Assembly (NCBI GenBank): GCA_963667015.2
Contig: CAXXJJ010000004.1
Span: 3,136,001-3,200,000 of the forward strand
Origin: Desulfatiglandales bacterium
GTDB taxonomy: Bacteria; Desulfobacterota; DSM-4660; Desulfatiglandales; HGW-15
DNA length: 64,000 bases
Reading direction: 5' to 3'
A model generated the notes under the pieces. It ran no database searches. It had not been told where the DNA came from and was given only the letters and a program-made list of their open reading frames with translations. Both the position numbers and the translations under genes were made by a program. This document shows positions 39,498 to 48,889 of this stretch, piece by piece (position 1 is the stretch's first letter; each line of letters starts with the position of its first letter).

Positions 39498-40442
39498 ATG
39501 AAGAAAAATATAATAAAGATAGGCACAAGAGGAAGCAAGCTGGCACTTGCCCAGAGCAGCATGATCGGGGAGACAATTAAAAGTGAGCACCCGGACATTG
39601 ATGTTGAGCTCATAATTATAAAAACAAAGGGTGATAAAATAATTGACTCTCCTCTGAGTAAAATCGGTGGAAAGGGTCTTTTTGTAAAGGAAATAGAAGA
39701 GGCACTCCTTGAAAAACGGGTAGATATTGCCGTTCACAGCATCAAGGATGTGCCTGCGGAACTGCCCGATGGGTTGAGCATTCCTTTTTTTCCTGAAAGG
39801 GAAGATCCGAGTGATGCCTTTCTCTCTGTCACATATAAAAAGTTTGAAGACCTTCCTGAAGGATCAAGAGTAGGGACCGGAAGTTTAAGAAGATCATCCC
39901 AGCTTTTAAATAAACGACCGGACATAGAGATTGTTCCCATAAGGGGCAATGTCGATACACGCATAAATAAACTTGAGTCAGGAGAACTGGACGCCATACT
40001 GCTTGCGGCCTCAGGCCTTAACAGGCTCGGCCTCTCTTCCAGGATAAATCAGCTTCTTCATCCCCTTGATTTCATTCCTGCAGTAGGTCAGGGAGCCCTG
40101 GGTCTTGAGGTCAGAACAGATGATATTGAATGTAATAAACTCCTTGAGTTTTTAAACCATACTGCAACAGCCCTGGCAGTAAGGGCCGAAAGGGCATTTC
40201 TAAACAAACTCGAAGGCGGATGTCAGGTGCCCATAGGCGCATATGCCTCTATCGAAAATAATACAATAATCGTCCATGGCATGGTTTCGGAACTTGACGG
40301 AAGCAGAATTATAAGGGACAGCCTCACCGGCACATGTAAAAACCCTGAACAGGCGGGAGAAACCCTGGCGACCAGGCTTCTGGACATGGGTGCGGATAAA
40401 ATACTTGCTGGGGTTTATGGAAACCAGCAGCAACAGGATTAG
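39498..40442 (+). CDS. hemC: Hydroxymethylbilane synthase
   Basis: GTRGSKLALAQ, GKGLFVKEIE, AVHSIKD, RGNVDTR, GGCQVPIG. Confidence 0.98.
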   Translation: MKKNIIKIGTRGSKLALAQSSMIGETIKSEHPDIDVELIIIKTKGDKIIDSPLSKIGGKGLFVKEIEEALLEKRVDIAVHSIKDVPAELPDGLSIPFFPEREDPSDAFLSVTYKKFEDLPEGSRVGTGSLRRSSQLLNKRPDIEIVPIRGNVDTRINKLESGELDAILLAASGLNRLGLSSRINQLLHPLDFIPAVGQGALGLEVRTDDIECNKLLEFLNHTATALAVRAERAFLNKLEGGCQVPIGAYASIENNTIIVHGMVSELDGSRIIRDSLTGTCKNPEQAGETLATRLLDMGADKILAGVYGNQQQQD

Positions 40443-40445
40443 GAT

Positions 40446-41981
40446 ATGAATGAAAACAAAAAAAAGGGAACGGTCTTTCTTGTAGGTGCAGGGCCTGGTG
40501 ATCCGGGACTGCTTACCATCAAGGCAAAAGAATGTATAGAAAAGGCCGATGTTCTTGTTTACGATTACCTGGCCAATGAGCTTTTTTTGGATTATGCCAG
40601 ACCGGACGCAGAACTTATATATGTAGGTAAAAAGGCAGGATCTCACACAAAGACACAGGATGAGATAAACAGCATCATATGTGAAAAGGCCCTTGCAGGG
40701 CTGATGGTAACAAGGCTCAAGGGCGGCGACCCCTTTATCTTTGGAAGGGGAGGCGAGGAAGCCCAGGAACTGCTTAAGGCCGGGGTCTCCTTTGAGATAG
40801 TCCCTGGTATTACATCCGCTATTTCAGTACCCGCATATGCCGGGATTCCCCTGACACACCGGGATCATACTGCCACGGTTGCATTTGTTACAGGCCACGA
40901 AGATCCGTCAAAAGATCAGTCAAATATATCCTGGGAAAAGCTGGCTACAGGGGTCGGAACTATAGTATTCCTTATGGGTATTGGAAACCTTCAAAATATC
41001 TGCCGGGAGCTTGTTAAAAACGGACGTTCCCCGGAAACTCCTGTTGCAATAATACACAGGGGAACCCACCCCGAACAAAAAACAGTCACCGGCAACCTGA
41101 AGAATATTTATGAAACCGCTCAAAAGGAAAAGATCAAACCGCCGGGAATAATCATTGTTGGTGATGTTGTAGGGCTAAGAAAGGAACTAAACTGGTTTGA
41201 GACAAAACCCCTTTTCGGCAAAAATATAATTGTTACAAGGGCCAGGGAACAGGCCAGCGGTTTTATGGCAGGGTTAAGAGAACTCGGTGCAAACTGCATT
41301 GAATTCCCCACAATTGAGATTGTCCCTCCGGATGACTGGGCACCTCTGGATAAATCAATAGAAAGAATCGGTGAATATAACTGGCTCCTTTTTACCAGTG
41401 TCAACGGGGTTAAATACTTTTTTAACAGGCTTTATGGAAAGGGAAAGGATGTCCGGGCGTTAAAGGATATCAGAGTAGGTGCTATCGGACCAAAAACAGC
41501 AGAATCCGTAAGAGAGTATGGCATTATACCAGACCTTGTCCCTTCGGAATACAGGGCAGAGGCAGTGGTAGATGAATTTAAAAAATTTAATATAAGCGAT
41601 CTTAAAATACTCCTGCCTCGGGCATCAAAGGCAAGGGAAATCCTTCCCGAGGAACTGAAAAAAATGGGCGCCAAAATAGATATTGTGGATGCCTACAGGA
41701 CCATAATGCCTGAAAAGAAAGTTGACACCGTTAGCAGAATGCTTGAAGCAGGTGACATAGACATGATTACCTTTACAAGCTCTTCAACTGTATCCAATTT
41801 TATGGGAATGTTTGGAGATAAAGCAGATAGGATCAAAGCCTGGCTAAAGAATGTGGATATTGCATCAATTGGTCCTATAACATCGGAAACAGCAAAAAAG
41901 CTGGGTCTCAATATAACTATTGAGCCGGCAGATTACACGATTGAGGCACTGACCGACGTCATTGTTTATCATTATTCCTGA
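40446..41981 (+). CDS. cobA: Fused uroporphyrinogen-III C-methyltransferase / synthase (CobA-HemD)
   Basis: [28 protein letters not shown]; HemD half VTRA, FTSVNGV, FTSSSTV, IGPIT. Confidence 0.96.
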   Translation: MNENKKKGTVFLVGAGPGDPGLLTIKAKECIEKADVLVYDYLANELFLDYARPDAELIYVGKKAGSHTKTQDEINSIICEKALAGLMVTRLKGGDPFIFGRGGEEAQELLKAGVSFEIVPGITSAISVPAYAGIPLTHRDHTATVAFVTGHEDPSKDQSNISWEKLATGVGTIVFLMGIGNLQNICRELVKNGRSPETPVAIIHRGTHPEQKTVTGNLKNIYETAQKEKIKPPGIIIVGDVVGLRKELNWFETKPLFGKNIIVTRAREQASGFMAGLRELGANCIEFPTIEIVPPDDWAPLDKSIERIGEYNWLLFTSVNGVKYFFNRLYGKGKDVRALKDIRVGAIGPKTAESVREYGIIPDLVPSEYRAEAVVDEFKKFNISDLKILLPRASKAREILPEELKKMGAKIDIVDAYRTIMPEKKVDTVSRMLEAGDIDMITFTSSSTVSNFMGMFGDKADRIKAWLKNVDIASIGPITSETAKKLGLNITIEPADYTIEALTDVIVYHYS

Positions 41982-42034
41982 TGAATATTATCTTCTTAAT
42001 AAAAAGCATCCGGAGACTTAGGGATAAAATATAA

Positions 42035-42865
42035 TTAACAAGACATCATGTATTTGAGAGGCAGCGGTTCTACGACCGCGTCCTCGTTCCAGAGCTGCTT
42101 TATTATCCTGCCGGTATTAATTATGTTTCCGCTGGTCCAGAATTTTTCATTTCCATTTTTGTTTAAATTCAAAAGGATATCAGCTTCTTTAAGGCGACGG
42201 CCGACTTCCTTTGCCACTGCCAACCCTGTATCAATAACCTTTATATCCTTACCAGCTATCTCCCGGATCAAATCGGCAAGAAACAGGTAATGAGTGCATC
42301 CAAGGACAATTATATCTGCACCCTTTGTAAGAAGAGCGCCTACATATCTTTCCAAAAGCTCAATGGTCTTTCTGTCGGACAGGTCATACTGCTCCACCTG
42401 TTCCACCAGGCCCGGACATGCCTGGGTTACTATATTACAGTCATTACAGAACCTGTCAGTCAACAATCTGAACTTTTCACTCTTCAGTGTCTCTGTGGTT
42501 GCCATAATCCCAACTGTTTTGCTCTGTGAGGCGGCGATAGCCGGCTTTACACCGGGTTCCATTCCTATGATCGGCAGGTCAAAGAGCGTCCTCATTTTTG
42601 CTATGGCAGCGGCGGTTGCAGTATTGCACGCAACAACAATAGCCTTTGCCTTTTGCTCAACAAGAAATTCGGTTACTGCAAAAGATCGTTTTTCTATATA
42701 TTCGCTTGATTTATCTCCGTAGGGGGCATAGCCCGAATCAGCAACATATATCAAATCTTCTTCAGGGAGCTCCTCCCGTATGCATCGAAGTAACGAAAGT
42801 CCCCCAACTCCTGAATCAAATACCCCTATCGGATGTGTCATATTTTTACTATTAGTACCCTGCAC
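42035..42865 (-). CDS. murI: Glutamate racemase
   Basis: FDSGVGGLS, PYGDK, VACNTA, LGCTHY; start may be 42841. Confidence 0.97.
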   Translation of the reverse strand: MQGTNSKNMTHPIGVFDSGVGGLSLLRCIREELPEEDLIYVADSGYAPYGDKSSEYIEKRSFAVTEFLVEQKAKAIVVACNTATAAAIAKMRTLFDLPIIGMEPGVKPAIAASQSKTVGIMATTETLKSEKFRLLTDRFCNDCNIVTQACPGLVEQVEQYDLSDRKTIELLERYVGALLTKGADIIVLGCTHYLFLADLIREIAGKDIKVIDTGLAVAKEVGRRLKEADILLNLNKNGNEKFWTSGNIINTGRIIKQLWNEDAVVEPLPLKYMMSC

Positions 42866-42885
42866 TTAATTACCTGATAAGGCTT

Positions 42886-43329
42886 TCATTTAAAAAATAT
42901 CAAACGGGCTGCTCCGCCTGCAAGCTTAATATCTGATATATCTTTTACAGATCCGACCTTTCTTTCACTCACATTAAAGATCTCCCCCTTCTCGTTAACG
43001 GAACCAAGCCTGGTTCCGGACTGATTCAGGACACTCCCGTCAGGCTCGACCTTTCCAATCTTCAGATCACTGACATTATAAATGATTCCATCCTTATCAA
43101 CCGATCCGAGTTGTCGTCCGTAAATGTTATAAATAATACCTTTTTCATCTACTTTACCCTTTTCCCGATCATAGAGCGTAAAAACATTATTTTTTATCTC
43201 ACCTGTATCTTTTCCTTTTTTTTCAGCCGAGTAACCTATTGTAATCAGACACAATATTAATAAAAAAGAGGCTATGGCCAGAAATTTCAGTTTAAGAGGC
43301 CTTGTCTGAATGTCTATTTTTTTCACCAT
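42886..43329 (-). CDS. Exported protein with 17-aa beta repeats (beta-flower-like)
   Basis: N-terminal hydrophobic helix; G(K/S)V..xG.(I/V).N....(L/I/V) x4-5; GGAGG RBS before 43329. Confidence 0.7.
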   Translation of the reverse strand: MVKKIDIQTRPLKLKFLAIASFLLILCLITIGYSAEKKGKDTGEIKNNVFTLYDREKGKVDEKGIIYNIYGRQLGSVDKDGIIYNVSDLKIGKVEPDGSVLNQSGTRLGSVNEKGEIFNVSERKVGSVKDISDIKLAGGAARLIFFK

Positions 43330-43489
43330 ATTTACCTCCATATTTAAATAATATTAATTTACACATACCACGATAATTTCATTATTAAAACTTATCAATA
43401 AAATAGTTCACATTGCCATTTTCCTGACATTATTATATAAATTCTTTTCAAAGATAAAACATTAATTTAATAAAGCGGGATTATTAATT

Positions 43490-43948
43490 ATGATTAGAGA
43501 AGAGGGAACAGTAGAAGAAATACGCAGAAATACTGCAGTAATAAAGGTAGAAAAGAGTTCATCATGTAAACACTGTGCGGATAAGGATTCCTGCAGCGTT
43601 GCAGACAGAAATATGCTTATTGAGGTTAAAAATATCCTTAATGCGAAAGAAGGAGACAGGGTTGAAGTGAGTGTACCGGAAGGAACCTTTGTAAAGCTGT
43701 CCCTTATGGTTTATATCTTCCCTATAATATGCCTCATGGCAGGGGCCTTTCTGGGTAATTTTCTTTCAATGGGGTTAAATACAGATCCGTCTGCAACCGC
43801 AGCAATTACTGCTGCCATTTTTCTGGCTGCTTCATTTATATTATTAAAGCTGGTTGAAAAGAAAAAGGGTACCGGAGAGAAATATTCCCCCCGGATGACC
43901 AGAATAATTATTAGTTGGAAGAACCTTCAATCCGACGATAGCAGATAA
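43490..43948 (+). CDS. rseC: RseC/MucC family membrane protein
   Basis: EEGTV, SSCKHC....SC, GDRVEV, YIFP, two TM helices. Confidence 0.88.
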   Translation: MIREEGTVEEIRRNTAVIKVEKSSSCKHCADKDSCSVADRNMLIEVKNILNAKEGDRVEVSVPEGTFVKLSLMVYIFPIICLMAGAFLGNFLSMGLNTDPSATAAITAAIFLAASFILLKLVEKKKGTGEKYSPRMTRIIISWKNLQSDDSR

Positions 43949-45986
43949 GGCCGCACTGTAAACACCTTCCGGCTTCGGTACGTGCCTGGGACTCTGAATA
44001 ACCTTTTGCAATCTCCATATCAGGATTATTAACCGCATCTTCCTTTGAGATCTCAGGCATTCTTACCCTTGGAAATTTTTTAACAAGATCAAGTTGAAGG
44101 TGATCAAGGCTTAAAACCTTTGAATCGCTTTTAATCATGTTAAATGGTGCAAGTACAGGCACATCAGCCAGATACTGCTGAATAGAGCTTGCAGCTCTTC
44201 TTCCTGCACCGATTGCCTCAATAACCGCCTTATAATCTCCTGCTTCCTCTCCGGGTCTGAAGATACCGACATCCTGTTTTGAAAAGGGGCTGGCATAGGG
44301 AGTAAATGTCTCCCATATGACAGGAGAATCAGAATCTTCTTCCTGCAGATTATCCTTTTTGTCCGGCACATAAATCAGTTCGGGAAATCTTCCTGCCCCA
44401 GCAAGTAACAGATCCGCGGATAAGATCTTTCTTTTCTTATTTTCTGTTCCATCATCGGAAAGAGAGGCAATCTCTATGTTGCCCAGGTTGTCTCCTTCTC
44501 CCATCATTTTTGTAACTGCACTGCTGAAATAGAAGCTGACACCCTGTTTTTCCGCACTGATAATGTCATCAGCCGAAATCAGCGAATTTTTTCTCTGTTT
44601 TCTTGTGATAACACTCACAGTTTCTGCGCCGGATTCAATCGCTTTTTGCGCAGCCTCAAGAGAAGCCTTTCCGCCTTCAAGAATAACAACATTTTTTGAA
44701 GAAGGAATTTCTTTTCCCTGCCTGAGGTTGAGTATGTAATCGACAAGAAGATAAATGCCGGGAAGTGTCTTTACCGGTCCGTCATTATTTTCTCTTTGAG
44801 ACATCAGGGTGTCCCAGCCGCCAATAGCTGCAAACACTGCAGAATAACCTTCATTGAGTAATGATTCCAGGCTGAAATCACGGCCCAGCCTTTTTTCAGT
44901 AAATGCCGTTACTCCTGCGTCCAGGATTCCATCAATCTCCCAGTTTAGGACATCAACCGGAAGCCTGTTTTGAGGCAGACCGACCCTGAGCAAACCACCG
45001 AGCTTCTTATTCCCTTCATACACTGTTGTATCATGGCCAAGCCTGTTTAACAGGTATGCAGCTGTAAGTCCTTCGGCCCCGCCGCCTATGACCGCCACGC
45101 GCCTTCCTGTTTCCGGGGCTCTCTGATTATGAACACGCTGACCGGAGGTCATTTCATAGTCAGCAACAAATCTCTTGAGATTATTAATTGCAACCGGTTC
45201 ATCAACAAGATTACGCCTGCATTCGAGTTCACAGGGGTGAACGCAGATTCTTCCGCAAACAAGGGGGAACGGATTTGTTTCTTTGATTATCCTTACCGCC
45301 CTGGCATAATTACCTTTTGAAATCTGATAGATATAAGCAGGTATATCTATGCCGGTGGGACATTCTCTCTGGCATGGCGCGGAACATTCATCAGTTTTAT
45401 ATTCATGCGTTATACGTCTTGAGTTTGAAGAAAGGGTAATGATATGTTTTGGGCATACACGTTCACAGGTACCACACCCGGTACAAAGATCGGGATCTAC
45501 TACCGGCAGGTTATCCTCACCCATTTTAAGTGCGCCAAAGGGGCAGGCGCTGACGCATGTTCCAAGCCCAAGGCACCCGACCGGACACAGTTTACTTCCG
45601 CCGCTTAGAAGCGCCGCAGCCCTGCAGTCATTAATGCCTTCATATGAATATTTAAGATCCGTATCATTAATTCCATAAGTACACCCCGGAAGAGCAATAT
45701 CAGGCTCTTTAGCCTCCAGTGACACACCCATAATTCCGGAAATCTCAACAGCGATCTCGGGACCGCCTGCTACACAGGATGAGGGAGATGCCTTGCCGGC
45801 TACAATAGCCTCGGCGTTTGCGCTGCAACCAGGGTAGCCACACCCTCCACAGTTTGCACCGGGCAGTGCCTCGTTAATTGCTTCAACACGGGGATCCACC
45901 CATACATAGAATATTTTGGATGCTATTGCCAGCCCGATACCAACAACCAAACCAAGGCCACCCATAAGATAAACTGCGATCAGCAT
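43911..45986 (-). CDS. rnfB: RnfB fused to a GltD/DPD-like Fe-S flavoprotein
   Basis: LPGANCGGCGYPGC, CLGLGTCVSACPF, CTGCGTCERVCP, then PCQRECP..NPFP.VCGRIC..PCE..CRR, VIGGGAEG, EAGRCLQC. Confidence 0.92.
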   Translation of the reverse strand: MLIAVYLMGGLGLVVGIGLAIASKIFYVWVDPRVEAINEALPGANCGGCGYPGCSANAEAIVAGKASPSSCVAGGPEIAVEISGIMGVSLEAKEPDIALPGCTYGINDTDLKYSYEGINDCRAAALLSGGSKLCPVGCLGLGTCVSACPFGALKMGEDNLPVVDPDLCTGCGTCERVCPKHIITLSSNSRRITHEYKTDECSAPCQRECPTGIDIPAYIYQISKGNYARAVRIIKETNPFPLVCGRICVHPCELECRRNLVDEPVAINNLKRFVADYEMTSGQRVHNQRAPETGRRVAVIGGGAEGLTAAYLLNRLGHDTTVYEGNKKLGGLLRVGLPQNRLPVDVLNWEIDGILDAGVTAFTEKRLGRDFSLESLLNEGYSAVFAAIGGWDTLMSQRENNDGPVKTLPGIYLLVDYILNLRQGKEIPSSKNVVILEGGKASLEAAQKAIESGAETVSVITRKQRKNSLISADDIISAEKQGVSFYFSSAVTKMMGEGDNLGNIEIASLSDDGTENKKRKILSADLLLAGAGRFPELIYVPDKKDNLQEEDSDSPVIWETFTPYASPFSKQDVGIFRPGEEAGDYKAVIEAIGAGRRAASSIQQYLADVPVLAPFNMIKSDSKVLSLDHLQLDLVKKFPRVRMPEISKEDAVNNPDMEIAKGYSESQARTEAGRCLQCGLICYRRIEGSSN

Positions 45987-46005
45987 CTATTCCCCCTTAT
46001 AAAAA

Positions 46006-46040
46006 TATAAACCCGTTTTATAAATAAAACGGATTTTATA
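46006..46040. repeat. AT-rich inverted repeat upstream of rnfB
   Basis: TATAAACCCGTTTTAT / ATAAAACGGATTTTATA. Confidence 0.6.
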
Positions 46041-46057
46041 GATATATCATTTTCTAT

Positions 46058-46093
46058 AAAAAAAAGTCCCGGCAGGTACAGAAGCCAGGACTT
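46058..46093 (-). terminator. Intrinsic terminator between rnfA and rnfB
   Basis: Minus strand AAGTCCTGGC-loop-GCCGGGACTT ending in an 8-nt T run. Confidence 0.75.
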
Positions 46094-46108
46094 CAAAACA
46101 TTATTCTA

Positions 46109-46684
46109 TTATGCCATACCCCTGAACGCATAAAAGGCAAGGGCCAGCATTCCGGCACCAACAAGACCAATCGCAGTATCCTGCATAGGTTTTGGAACTC
46201 TTGCAAGAAGTATACGTTCCCTGATTCCGGCAAAAAGTATCAATGCTAATCCAAAACCAACAGCATATGCAAAAGAATAGGTCAGAGCCTTAAGAAAACT
46301 GATTTCTTCCTTAACATTTAAAATACATACACCCATTACCGCACAGTTAGTTGTAATAAGAGGAAGGAAGATACCAAGACCGGCATAAAGACCGGGGATT
46401 GATTTTTTAAGGAACATTTCTACAAATGAAACCAGTGATGCAATGACCAATATAAATGAAAGTATTTTAAGGTAATCAAGACCAAGGGGTCTAAGTGCAA
46501 AATGATCAACACACCAGGTCACAGCCCCTGCCATGACAAGTACAAAAATAACAGCCATTGCCATTCCTGTAGCAGTCTCCATCTTTTTAGAAACTCCAAG
46601 GAACGGACAATTCCCCTGATATTGAGCAAGAAGAATATTGTTAACAAATATACAGCTTACAGCTATTAATATAAATTCACCCAT
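46109..46684 (-). CDS. rnfA: Rnf complex subunit A
   Basis: NNILL...G.CPFLGVSKK, GIFLPLITTNCAV.G, RER. Confidence 0.96.
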   Translation of the reverse strand: MGEFILIAVSCIFVNNILLAQYQGNCPFLGVSKKMETATGMAMAVIFVLVMAGAVTWCVDHFALRPLGLDYLKILSFILVIASLVSFVEMFLKKSIPGLYAGLGIFLPLITTNCAVMGVCILNVKEEISFLKALTYSFAYAVGFGLALILFAGIRERILLARVPKPMQDTAIGLVGAGMLALAFYAFRGMA

Positions 46685-46707
46685 TTAGTATCTCCTGATC
46701 AGTAATG

Positions 46708-47322
46708 CTATTTTTTGCCCAGCATATTCATTACACAAAGCATGAGCCCAAGACATACAAAGGCTCCGGGTGCCTCCACTAAAAAATGAAAGGGCTGATA
46801 CGAAGCACTCATAATCTCAAAAGTTCCCTTGTCCATAAATGGAACGGTTAGTGTACCTTTCCCGAATAATTCTCTAAAGGCCCCTAAGACGCCTAAAGAA
46901 AGAGTAAAGCCCAATCCCATCCCCAGGCCATCTGCCAGGGAAGGTATAACACTGTTTTTAGCAGCAAAGGCCTCTGCCCGGCCGAGAACAATACAGTTAA
47001 CAACTATCAGAGGTAAAAATATACCAAGGGATTTGTAAAGGGGATAATTATAGGCCTGCATGAGCAGCTGAACAATCGTAACGAATGTTGCAATAACAAT
47101 AATAAAACATGAAAGCCTTACCTGCTTGGGAATGACATTTTTTAGGAGAGAAATAACCCCATTGGAACAAAACAGAACAAACGTGGTGGCTATTCCCATA
47201 CCTATTCCATCTCCCATACTCATGGTCACCGCAAGGGTTGGACACAGCCCCAGCACAAGCCGGAAAGGCGGTATTTCTGCCCACAACCCTTTTACAAATT
47301 CCTGTCCAACACTCTTTGCCAT
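46708..47322 (-). CDS. rnfE: Rnf complex subunit E
   Basis: LGLCPTLAVT, LGIFLPLIVVNCIVLGRAEAFA, APGAF. Confidence 0.96.
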   Translation of the reverse strand: MAKSVGQEFVKGLWAEIPPFRLVLGLCPTLAVTMSMGDGIGMGIATTFVLFCSNGVISLLKNVIPKQVRLSCFIIVIATFVTIVQLLMQAYNYPLYKSLGIFLPLIVVNCIVLGRAEAFAAKNSVIPSLADGLGMGLGFTLSLGVLGAFRELFGKGTLTVPFMDKGTFEIMSASYQPFHFLVEAPGAFVCLGLMLCVMNMLGKK

Positions 47323-47349
47323 ATATAATATCTCCCTTTTTATAGAGGC

Positions 47350-47928
47350 TTACATCTTTTTACGGATCTCATCCTTAAGTCTTTTATACTTATCAACAGC
47401 GTCTGCGACAGCCGCACACACACCCTTTGATGTGAATGTGGCGCCGCTCAAGGCATCAACATCTCCGCCGTCTGTCTTTACCTTAAAACCGGTATCAACA
47501 GACATCCCTTTAAACTGATTAATAAAATTAGTATCTGTTTCTGCCCTTGATCCAATCCCCTGGGTCTCTGTGTGAGTGGTAATCCCCATTCCGACAAGTT
47601 CATCAGTATCAAGATTAAATCCAACCATAACACCTACTTTGCCGTCATAACCCATCCCTGAAGACTCAAAAGCGGCCATATTCCTTTTGCCGTCAAACTC
47701 GGCTACAAAAACATCTATCTCATTTTTACCATCCTGGATTTTAAACTTGTCTTCCTTAGGAACGTTTTCGCTGCCCTTAAATAATTTATCAAGTGCTGGC
47801 CCTGTTACCCAATATATTACCTGTTTCTCTATCGGTTCTAGAGTAACATCTCTTACTTTGGCAAGTACTCCACCAGCAACTGCAGCAAAAAGAGCAACAA
47901 CAATGAAAAGTTTTATAATATCACGCAT
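47350..47928 (-). CDS. rnfG: Rnf complex subunit G
   Basis: N-terminal TM, GYDG, ETQGIGS, DALSGATFTS flavinylation motif. Confidence 0.93.
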   Translation of the reverse strand: MRDIIKLFIVVALFAAVAGGVLAKVRDVTLEPIEKQVIYWVTGPALDKLFKGSENVPKEDKFKIQDGKNEIDVFVAEFDGKRNMAAFESSGMGYDGKVGVMVGFNLDTDELVGMGITTHTETQGIGSRAETDTNFINQFKGMSVDTGFKVKTDGGDVDALSGATFTSKGVCAAVADAVDKYKRLKDEIRKKM

Positions 47929-48889
47929 AATCAGCTCCCTTTCCCAACGCCCTTGGCCTGATCTTATCCAGAAGAGGATTGGCGACATTCAACAGAACGA
48001 TGGCGAAAATTGTGCCATCAATATAAACCCCTATATTTCTGATCAGGACAGTCATTATTCCTGCAGTCAGCCCATATAAAATCATAGGGATAAAATTTAC
48101 CGGTGAGGAGGAATCTTCCGTTAAAAGGAAGAAAGCAGCTAGTAATGTATACCCGGTCAATATGTGAAACAGCGGACCCGCATATTTTGAAGGATCAACC
48201 TGATTAAAAATCAGTGCTGTAATGAATATGCCTGCCAGAAATGATATTGGGATCTCCCACCTTATATAACCCCGAACTATCATATACAAACCGCCTATAA
48301 CAAGTCCGAGGCCGAATGTAGCTCCTATACCGCCTGCCTGCATCCCCATAAAAAGATCTTCAAGTGGATAGGCTCCTGCCTGGAATACGCCAAGCTGTTT
48401 AAGAGCGCCCAGAGGATACCTTGCCAAAAAGGTAAAATCATAGTTTACAAGGGCTTCGTCAAAATCAACAATACCGTTCCATGAAAGCATTAAAATGGCG
48501 ACGGCTAAAACAGCAGGGTTAAGAGGATTGCAGCCTATTCCCCCAAATATTTGCTTTCCTACTACAACGGCAATGAATGTTCCTGTGACAATTGCCCACC
48601 AGGGGGTTGTTGCCGGCATCATCATGGCAAACATCAGGCCTATGACCGCTGCATTTCCATCACCAATACTTACCGGTCTTTTCATGGCCTTATTCATTGC
48701 CAGTTCCCAGATCATTGCCCAGGCGATAGAAAACAACAGGACCGCTAAAGCTGGTGCACCAAACCGGTATACACCCATAGCCACAGCTGGGATAGCAGCT
48801 AATATGATGTTATAGCTCTTGCCCTTGATACTTGTTCCGTTGTGGCAGAACGGAGCGTGGGAGCTTACAAACAGTTTCTGATTAAGCAT
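47921..48889 (-). CDS. rnfD: Rnf complex subunit D (divergent)
   Basis: KQIFGGIG.NPLNPA, GGLY....YIRWEIP, multiple TM helices. Confidence 0.92.
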   Translation of the reverse strand: MLNQKLFVSSHAPFCHNGTSIKGKSYNIILAAIPAVAMGVYRFGAPALAVLLFSIAWAMIWELAMNKAMKRPVSIGDGNAAVIGLMFAMMMPATTPWWAIVTGTFIAVVVGKQIFGGIGCNPLNPAVLAVAILMLSWNGIVDFDEALVNYDFTFLARYPLGALKQLGVFQAGAYPLEDLFMGMQAGGIGATFGLGLVIGGLYMIVRGYIRWEIPISFLAGIFITALIFNQVDPSKYAGPLFHILTGYTLLAAFFLLTEDSSSPVNFIPMILYGLTAGIMTVLIRNIGVYIDGTIFAIVLLNVANPLLDKIRPRALGKGADYA

